A stretch of DNA of 64,000 nucleotides from a virus (taxonomy: Duplodnaviria; Caudoviricetes): positions 11,334 to 75,333 of the IMG/VR virus record IMGVR_UViG_3300021400_000057, one strand, 5' to 3'. Under the pieces are notes generated by a model. The model was not told where the DNA came from. It saw nothing but the letters and a program-made list of their open reading frames with translations, and did no database searches. The position numbers were made by a program, and so were the translations under genes. Each line of letters starts with the position of its first letter. Positions within the stretch are counted from its first letter, which is position 1. Of this stretch, positions 56,589 through 64,000 are shown piece by piece.

Positions 56589-58408
56589 TGATAATACCCC
56601 CTAATATAGTGTGTGATAATACGGCTAGTCTGCTTGGGCAGACTGTTAAGGGCGCGAAGGATAAACCTTCCCGCCCTTCGTCAGACAGTCCAAGCGTCGG
56701 TCGTCAACGCAGTCTAGTCGAGCAAACTAGACGTGCCGCTATGGGATACGCCATGCACGCGGGGGACACTTGTCCCTATGCGATACTTCACAAGCCACTC
56801 CTAGCGAACAAATAGTTTCCGCCCACCATTGACCTATACACCGTCAGACCTTGCGCGGGTTACGCGCACGCCCGCCTTGTGTGGATTCACGGAAAGCAGT
56901 CTTTCCTGTCGCTATTCGTGCATAACGACACTTTTTCTATATGTATTCGGTCATCCCATGACAGGAAACACGCCCCCATATATACAGGGCTTTTGTTTTT
57001 AGAGTGGTTCCCCGCGCATTATTGCCCGTCTGATTGCCAGTCAGATAATACGCCCACTTATAACGACTACACTTTAGCCACACTTTTTCCTACACGTCGC
57101 CTATGATACGTCGATTCGTCGCCTACGTCGCCTACACTTGCTACTTGTATCTGCCTATAGCACAAGCCCTGCTTATACTACACGCTATCCGTCCATGAGT
57201 TTACACCGTCACGGAATCACGCCGCCTAGTCTGGTAGTAGTTTGTAGACAGTTTGCCATATAGACTGGAAACGCATAGTTTCCATTCTCATGTGGTTCTG
57301 GTATAGTCTTGTCAGGGTACAACAGGGACATGGTGTCCCGCAGTACACGAAACCGCTACGGATTGCGCGTCGTCGGCGATATTGCGCGCCTATTCCTATG
57401 GGGTTACCATCGGAAAGACTGCCTTTCACTTTGCGCGGGCTTGCGTTGCATTGTTGCGCGTCGTCGCTTTGCTATCCGTCAGGCAGTGTCAAAAGGCACC
57501 ATGTAGCGGGAAAATCCGCGATATTTACGGAGAAAGCGGGCTTTTGCGCTTGCGTTGCGTTGCCTTGCGCGTCCGTGTTGCGTTTGCAAGTGTCGCTTTT
57601 TTGCGCTTGCTGAAAACGGGTTACGCTTTCGGCTCCGTATGTGGTTTTCAGTGTGCCGCGCCGTTTTCACGGCGTCGAGGTGGTTTCAGGCTTTGCCTTG
57701 CGGCGTTGTCCTTTCCGAGCCTCTGCCCCCCTTATACGACGTCGCCTTGCAAAATCCTCTTTTTGGGTTTTGTCCCTTATGTGACGCGGCCTGACGGGCT
57801 TCAGACTAAAGACCCAAAAGCGTTACTCCCTTACAGCACCAACGAAGGTTGGGAAAAATCGGCAGGTAGACGTTGTGACAGTAAGGCAAACTATGATTTC
57901 AGCGAAAGTCATTATCAATTATATGGAAATACAAAGTGAAAAACGTACCGCCGAAAGCCTTGTGGCAGTAAGGAAAGCAAAAATACATTCAGTGATAGCA
58001 AGTGTTTTCAGCGTGTAAAGCCATATAACCCTTGCGGGAGTAAGAGGGGATTTTTTTTAATGTGGTTTATAGCCATACAGTGAAACGGAGTGAAAACGCA
58101 TGAAAACCATATATATCAATGGATAGAAGACACTTTGGTATTGAAAACTCAATAATGACGCGGTTTTCAGGCGTTTTTTACATGGAGAAAACAGGCAAGC
58201 GAAACAAGGGAAGGCGAAGGAAAGGAAAACAAAAAAGCACCGCAACGCAAGCAAGACAAGGGCTGACGGGCTTTTGATGAAAGATAATACCATGATAGGT
58301 AGACGATAGAAAGAAACGAAAAGGAAACGAATGAAAAAGCGTTGCAGGCCGCGTCAGCAAAGGGAAAGAGAAGGCTTTGACGTTGTGACAGTGAAAGGAA
58401 TGTAAAAC

Positions 58409-58517
58409 GCCGCAAGCGTTGGGGGAGTAAGGCGGAAAGGGATTTTTAATATTGATTGTATAGCATAATGCAACAATGAGAAAATGCCGCAAGCGTTGGG
58501 GGAGTAAGGCGGAAAGG
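58409..58517 (+). repeat. Identical 32-bp direct repeats (58409-58440, 58486-58517)
   Basis: gccgcaagcgttgggggagtaaggcggaaagg twice, 45 bp apart. Confidence 0.92.
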
Positions 58518-58804
58518 CATTGTGTTTTTGTTGAGATTGCAAAAGGGAAACAAGGGTTAAATTTTGCATGGCTTCCATACCCACGATTTGCAAGGGCTAC
58601 AGCGTTTTCATACCATTGCAAGCCGCATTAAAAAAGGGAAGTAAAAATCAGCAATGCGTCGCTGACCAGTGATAGCAACGAATAGAGGGCACATAGACGA
58701 TGCGACGATAGCAAGCAAGCAAGCAATGAAAACGCTTTGCAAGCCAAGCAGGACAACGAATGGAAAGCGATGAAAGCCTTGTAAGCCAAGCGGGACAAGG
58801 GCTG

Positions 58805-58832
58805 ACGGCGTATAATGTATATTATGCGACGT
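58805..58832. other. dif/loxP-like 28-bp recombination site
   Basis: ACGGCGTATAA-TGTATA-TTATGCGACGT; 11-6-11 layout, arms 9/11 inverted. Confidence 0.65.
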
Positions 58833-59300
58833 TACCAGACAAGGCAAGGCAATGGGTGGTATCTGTCAGCCTTTTCGGGCTTCGGTGGAATGGGACGTGG
58901 GGGGCATAGTCCACGCACACCGTAACCACCATGTAAAAACTATCGCATCACCATAAATACTACATCACTATCTCATCGCTCTTTCATCGTTACCCTATCG
59001 TCACTCCATCGGTTGACAATCAATCGTGAATCAGTAAATATTTATGTTATAGTATTGTATTATTTATGATAACATTATTAAACTCTCTAGGAAGCCCGTA
59101 GAGCGATTTTTATTTCATATATGATAAAACCATCACACCGATTATAAAAAAAGCTCCTAGACCCTTTTTTGGAAGTCTGGGAGGATTCTATTTCATATAT
59201 GGGACACCGTTTTCTGCTTGGGTGCTATTTGTATATCCTTAAAAAACATTAGTATTTTTATAATAGACTTAAAAATTTTTTTAATTTTTTTTTCAAAAAC

Positions 59301-59336
59301 GTGAATAAAATTTCTCGAAAAATGTATTATGGGTGA
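59301..59336 (+). promoter_or_regulatory. Putative late promoter, copy 2
   Basis: Same motif as 4675-4710; A/T-tract upstream; precedes the packaging operon. Confidence 0.6.
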
Positions 59337-59427
59337 ACGTACCTTTTCAAAGGTCTACCAATGAAACCCTACCGGGGGAAATTGGTGGAGCAGTTATTCG
59401 CCTCCCTTTGGGCGGAGCTACGTTCAT
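59333..59427 (+). ncRNA. Candidate multi-stem structured RNA / leader
   Basis: GTGAACGTA/TACGTTCAT closing stem encloses three hairpins. Confidence 0.4.
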
Positions 59428-59603
59428 CATAGTCGTAGTCGTGCTCGAACATAACCATACCAAACTTCCACCTGATATGGATGTATCGGAGCGAAGCGAC
59501 GATGATTGCAACCGAAGGGCGCAATCAATATGAGTAGGCTAAGAAGAACCTTAGTTCAAAAGTTTGTTTGCGAATGACGGCACTAAAGATGTGCTTATGG
59601 GGG

Positions 59604-59900
59604 GTAGGGGGGCTAGAAGTATATCTATAGATAACTAAAGATAACTAAAGATAACCTTAATAATAATAAGGTTCATCACTGATACTACTCTTGTTTATCA
59701 AGGTATATCATAGTATAACCTTACTTATCTAGGTATTCTATTCCTGTATATCAAGGTAACTCTATAGATACCCTTGTTAATTCAAGGTTCTTCTAGTACC
59801 TATAGTTCTATTAAAGATACTCACTTCGTTCGTATCTTACTTACTTCGTAAGTATTTCATATCAAGGTACTTATAGTAATAACTAAGGAGTTAGCTTAGA
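59604..59900. repeat. AT-rich short-repeat tract (gataactaaa x3; ATCAAGGT family)
   Basis: Repeats read directly; stop codons frequent on both strands. Confidence 0.75.
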
Positions 59901-60162
59901 AATCCGATAGAAGTACACCGTTATCTATGATTATCATTGTTATACCATTAACACCTATGCGGCGTATTTCTGTGGGCTTTCTAAGCCCAGACCTCCTTTT
60001 ATCTTTTGTCATCGAAAAACTTTCCCGTGAAGTTCTCTATTTGCGGCGGTAGAGTTTAGAAGCGGGACGCGCAATCTCACCCTTCGGGGTTCATATATTT
60101 TATCTGGCATACTCCTTCTGTGGGTATGCCTTTTCAATCTCAACGAAAGGATAAGGAGTTTC

Positions 60163-60819
60163 ATGGCTGGTAGAAAGAGAGCGACAAGACGGGTAGCTCC
60201 AAACCCAAAAGGCGGTAAGCTGGAACGCACAAAGCCAAGAGCGTTTCATCAAAACCTTGTAGAGCGTTATGGTATCGGCGGAATCATTAGAGAGCTTCGA
60301 TACAAAGGGACGAGCTACCGAGACATTGCTGATTATGTTAATAAGAACAAACTCATACCAAACGATTATAAGATTGGTTATGGAGCTATCGCCCGATGGT
60401 GTTCGCAGAATGACTTGGGCGGCGATATGGCTGAGGAGTCAGACCGTAAGGCAGTTAATGTCTATCGACGGAACTGTGAGCTTCTTGGGCTTATCAATAC
60501 GGCTATCGACGTTGTATCCGTGCAACTCGATGAAATGAACAAGAATGTTCGCGACGGAACGGTAAAGGTACAAGACCTTAAAGATTTGGTTATGGCTCTT
60601 GATAAACTTGCGTTGCGTCAGCAGTCACTCACACAAGAGATTGGGCAAATCCAAGAGAAGATTTATAAATATGAAACCATTGGTCGGGCAATGCAAATCA
60701 TTCGTGATATTGTCAGAGCAAGGGTTGACCAAGAAACCTATCAAGAAATCATGGAGTCCTTCGGGGAGAACCCAACATTGGTTGAGGCTATCCGCGAGAT
60801 TGCTCCATCAAATGTTTAA
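60163..60819 (+). CDS. Probable terminase small subunit
   Basis: Basic N-terminus, HTH-like segment (SYRDIADYVN), helical C-terminus; upstream of terL; SD aaggag. Confidence 0.55.
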   Translation: MAGRKRATRRVAPNPKGGKLERTKPRAFHQNLVERYGIGGIIRELRYKGTSYRDIADYVNKNKLIPNDYKIGYGAIARWCSQNDLGGDMAEESDRKAVNVYRRNCELLGLINTAIDVVSVQLDEMNKNVRDGTVKVQDLKDLVMALDKLALRQQSLTQEIGQIQEKIYKYETIGRAMQIIRDIVRARVDQETYQEIMESFGENPTLVEAIREIAPSNV

Positions 60820-60822
60820 GGA

Positions 60823-61128
60823 GTGATACAGATGATTAACAAGAAAGACCCCGTGCGACTCAATGGCATTGTCATGGAAACTGGCACTGGTACGTTTGCG
60901 GTTACTGTGTCTGAGTTCTACGTTGACGGTGCGTGGCACAAGTTGAAAGAGGATAAGGTGCTGAATTTCAATATCGGCGAGGATGACTACGACGATGCAC
61001 TGACTTCGTTGGAGCTTGCGTATGTCAAGAAAGTTGCCGATAAGGAAAGCAAGAATACGGCGCTGTCCTCTGATGATATTGCGATTGCTCAGAGTATCAG
61101 CAAAAAGTTGGGAGGGGCTGACGTTTAA
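60823..61128 (+). CDS. Hypothetical protein
   Basis: SD aaggag; about 100 aa. Confidence 0.65.
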   Translation: MIQMINKKDPVRLNGIVMETGTGTFAVTVSEFYVDGAWHKLKEDKVLNFNIGEDDYDDALTSLELAYVKKVADKESKNTALSSDDIAIAQSISKKLGGADV

Positions 61129-61256
61129 TGTCTATGGCAGAAAGAGACAGACATTTGCAACACGCTAAGAAACGCCACAACAATAAACGTGCAGTCCGGG
61201 ACAAGCACGGAGAAAAAGAAGCGAGAAAGGAAACGTCCAAGTATAGAGACAGGTGA
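61128..61256 (+). CDS. 42-aa highly charged peptide (not in the ORF track)
   Basis: MSMAERDRHLQHAKKRHNNKRAVRDKHGEKEARKETSKYRDR; TAATG overlap; SD ggagggg. Confidence 0.5.
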   Translation: MSMAERDRHLQHAKKRHNNKRAVRDKHGEKEARKETSKYRDR

Positions 61257-61266
61257 GGGGTAAGCT

Positions 61267-62943
61267 ATGTCAGACGATGTAATGAAAGAAATATTTGGAG
61301 GCAGATTAAGGCGCACTGGCACTGATGCCTCAATGAAAGATAAATGCGCTACTGACTTCAAAGCGTTCTGCGAGTATTACCTAAAAGATTCCTTTCCTTC
61401 TCCGTGGAGTTCTACTTTTCACGACTGGCTGATTCATAAACTTGAAGACGTTACCTTGCAGATGAGTAAGGAAGAAACAAGGAACGTCGTAGCCGCGCCG
61501 CGAGGTCACGCAAAGAGTACGCTGGTATCCTTTGCGTATCCTCTGTGGTGTATTTGCTACAACTATAAGAAGTTCATTCTTATCATTTCGGCAACGGGGG
61601 CAGTTGCTAAAGAGTTCCTTTTGAACATTCGCACTGAGCTTGAATTTAACGAGCTTATCCGAGAGGACTTTGGGGAGCTTAAAGATGATAGTGGACTTTG
61701 GAATAATTCAGAGGTTCTTACAAAAAATAAAGTGTTCCTTACATCTAAAGGTGCAGGAACACAGATTCGAGGTTTGAACTTCAACCACACCCGCCCAGAC
61801 CTTGTGATTGTTGATGACTTAGAGACAGCAGAATCCGTTGCCTCGCCTACACAAAACGCAGACCTGCACAAATGGTTCAACTCTGACCTGATGCCAGTAG
61901 GAGCGCCGACTTGCGCGTTCTTCGTGATTGGCACGGTGCTTTCGTATTCTTCCTTGCTGTACTGTATGCTTACCAAGAGCGAATACAGTTCATGGAATAG
62001 AAAGCTATTCAAGGCGATTATTACTTTCTCTGATTCTCCGAAGTGGGAAAAGTGGAAACAGATAATCACTGACCTATCAAGGGGCGACCATGCTTATAGT
62101 GATAGCGTTGCGTACTACAACAAACACAAGAAAGAAATGCTCGAAGGTACAGAGGTACTCTGGAAAGACCAGCGCCCCAATATGTACCGTTACTTGATGG
62201 AGAAGTACATTGCAAATGCGGAAGGTTTTGCAAGCGAGTATCAGAACGACCCGCAGACAGAGGAAACGAGAATATTCAAAGTCGAGTGGTTGGAAGGTTG
62301 TATCTATAATGAACACCCGCCAATCAAGGAGGTCAGTATTGCGATTGACCCTGCCGTTAGTTCAAAGCGGCACAATGACTACTCTGCTATCATTGCAATC
62401 GCACGGTGTACTGACAATTACTTCTATGTTCTCGATGCTGATGTGGAGAAGCGTCCTCCCGACAAACTGATTGACGATTGCCGGGATATGATTAGAAGGT
62501 ACTACTCCTACAATCCGAAGGTTTCCTGCGAAACCAATCAGATGCAAGCGTTTTTCTCTAGTACCCTGCAAGCCGATATGATTGCGAATGGAATCTACAT
62601 TGATTGGAATGAAGTGTTCCATTCGACAGGTCAGAGCAAGGCAGGGCGTATTGAGTCGCTTGTGCCGAGGATTCGGCAAGGTCACATTAAATTCAAACAC
62701 TCTATGCGAGTGTTGATAGACCAATTCAAGAATTACCCCAAAGGACACGACGATGCCATTGACGCATTAGAAATGGCATTGAAGCCTTTGCTTGATACGT
62801 CGATAGCAAAGTTTAGCTTTGGTTCTATCGGGGAGAAGGGAGGGAACATCCACGGGAACATTAAATACGATAAAGCGTTTACTGGCGTTTTCGGACGTAC
62901 CTACAATGAATTTGCTTCCAACGCAACGGTATGGATGGATTAA
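61267..62943 (+). CDS. terL: Terminase large subunit
   Basis: Walker A APRGHAKST, Walker B LVIVDDLE, FFVIGT, nuclease IAIDPA..DYSAI, GHDDAIDA. Confidence 0.95.
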   Translation: MSDDVMKEIFGGRLRRTGTDASMKDKCATDFKAFCEYYLKDSFPSPWSSTFHDWLIHKLEDVTLQMSKEETRNVVAAPRGHAKSTLVSFAYPLWCICYNYKKFILIISATGAVAKEFLLNIRTELEFNELIREDFGELKDDSGLWNNSEVLTKNKVFLTSKGAGTQIRGLNFNHTRPDLVIVDDLETAESVASPTQNADLHKWFNSDLMPVGAPTCAFFVIGTVLSYSSLLYCMLTKSEYSSWNRKLFKAIITFSDSPKWEKWKQIITDLSRGDHAYSDSVAYYNKHKKEMLEGTEVLWKDQRPNMYRYLMEKYIANAEGFASEYQNDPQTEETRIFKVEWLEGCIYNEHPPIKEVSIAIDPAVSSKRHNDYSAIIAIARCTDNYFYVLDADVEKRPPDKLIDDCRDMIRRYYSYNPKVSCETNQMQAFFSSTLQADMIANGIYIDWNEVFHSTGQSKAGRIESLVPRIRQGHIKFKHSMRVLIDQFKNYPKGHDDAIDALEMALKPLLDTSIAKFSFGSIGEKGGNIHGNIKYDKAFTGVFGRTYNEFASNATVWMD

Positions 62944-64000
62944 CCGAAATGCAAGTGATAGCCAGAAGTCAGTTCTTCCAAAGAATCCGACAGTCAATCA
63001 GTTGAGGCGGTTTTCTCGCGACCCGATTGTACGCAGGGCGATTACGGTTGTGCAGGATGCTATTGCGAGACAGCCTTATACGTTCGAGGTTATCAATAGT
63101 AACGCCAAGATGAAAAGGCAAATCCAAGCTCTTACAAACTGCATTGAGCACCCGAACCTCATTGATGGACGTAAGAGCTTTACAAAGAAACTTCTCGACG
63201 ATGCTCTTGTCCTTGATGCGATGTGTGCCGAGGTAGCGGTAAGCTCCGACCCGACGCACCCTGTTTACTTCTATCCAGTTGACGGTTCGTCTATTCAGAT
63301 GGTTGTACCTTACGATTACACGAACCCAAACTCTGCGAGGTATATGCAGTATCAAGACGGTGGGCAGAAGTTTTACAGCGCGAATGACATTGCATATCTG
63401 CAACGGCAATACTTCACCTATCAGCCCTATGGTTTGTCCCCGGTCATGGTGGCATACCAGTATATCAAGTTCTACCTTGATGGGTGCGAACAGGCGAATG
63501 ACAGGGCGACCAATGCTACGGCGGAGTTCTTGATTTCGCTTGGCGAAGGTGTCACGCAAGAGCAACGCAGGGAGTTCACTGATTACATGGTAAATGAGAT
63601 TGAGGGCACTGGTCATGTTCCTGTCGTTGCAGGGAGTGGTCACGTTGATACAAGGCAGATTAAGGCTATTAACAAAGATGGCCTTTACATTGAATGGCTC
63701 GACAAGCTCACGAAAATCATTGGCGTTGCTTTTGGCATCCCGCCTGAAAAGTTGGGCTTGGTCATTACTAATGACCGTTCTACTGGTGAAGACCAAGAGA
63801 ACGCGATGGTACAGGAACTTATCAAGCCTTACGAAGATATGCTTGATGACCTGTATAACAACTGGCTTATCCCGAAAGCAGGGCTTGGCGGGTTAATTAA
63901 GTTTAGGTTTATCCATGAGGAATCCGAGCGTATGAAAGATGATAAGTCGAAACGCTTGACCGAGGAATATCGCAGAGGTTGTATCACTGAAAACGAGTTC
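62852..64000 (+). CDS. Portal protein (3' truncated)
   Basis: Open frame to the window end: LRRFSRDPIVRRAI, IEHPN, YFYPVDGSSI, YGLSPV; start ACG 62852 (strong SD) or ATG 62906. Confidence 0.88.

Noticed and set aside
57880-57935. c-di-GMP-I riboswitch (GGCAAAC..GAAA)
   Set aside because: The required downstream GACGCAAAG segment and second stem are missing.
58409-58517. CRISPR array
   Set aside because: Only two repeats, no typical GTT..GAAAC/ATTGAAA ends, no cas1/cas2; kept only as a repeat.
57290-58850. ORF-track ORFs in the non-coding hub
   Set aside because: Low-complexity products, no SD, mutually overlapping; probably artefacts of repeat composition.

Overview
Part of a large temperate tailed-phage genome (siphovirus-like), seen in its non-integrated form: attP lies intact between xis and int. 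The host is probably a Firmicute (strong GGAGG/GGGGT Shine-Dalgarno sites, sigma70-type promoters), and possibly a diderm Negativicute given the spanin-like pair; that last point is inference. Layout: tail module with tape measure, NlpC/P60, distal tail/tip and a 2087-aa repeat fibre (1-17.6 kb); lysis (17.6-19.3 kb); early/replication genes with DnaE, xis-attP-int-cI, SSB, primase-helicase, Cas4-like nuclease, RusA, NrdDG, ThyX-like, dUTPase and a sigma-like HTH protein (19.4-41.6 kb); a leftward accessory region with a second tyrosine recombinase (42-56.6 kb); a ~3.5-kb non-coding hub (56.6-60.1 kb); and terminase plus portal (60.1-64 kb). Notable signals: a 28-bp dif/loxP-like site that may pair with the second recombinase, a four-gene array with a shared N-terminal leader, a distributed GTCYC-N6-GRGAC operator, a duplicated 36-bp late-promoter motif followed by hairpin-rich leaders, apparent ATA/ACG start codons, and a dual-frame spanin-like pair. 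All family calls come from motif recognition by eye; no database search was run.
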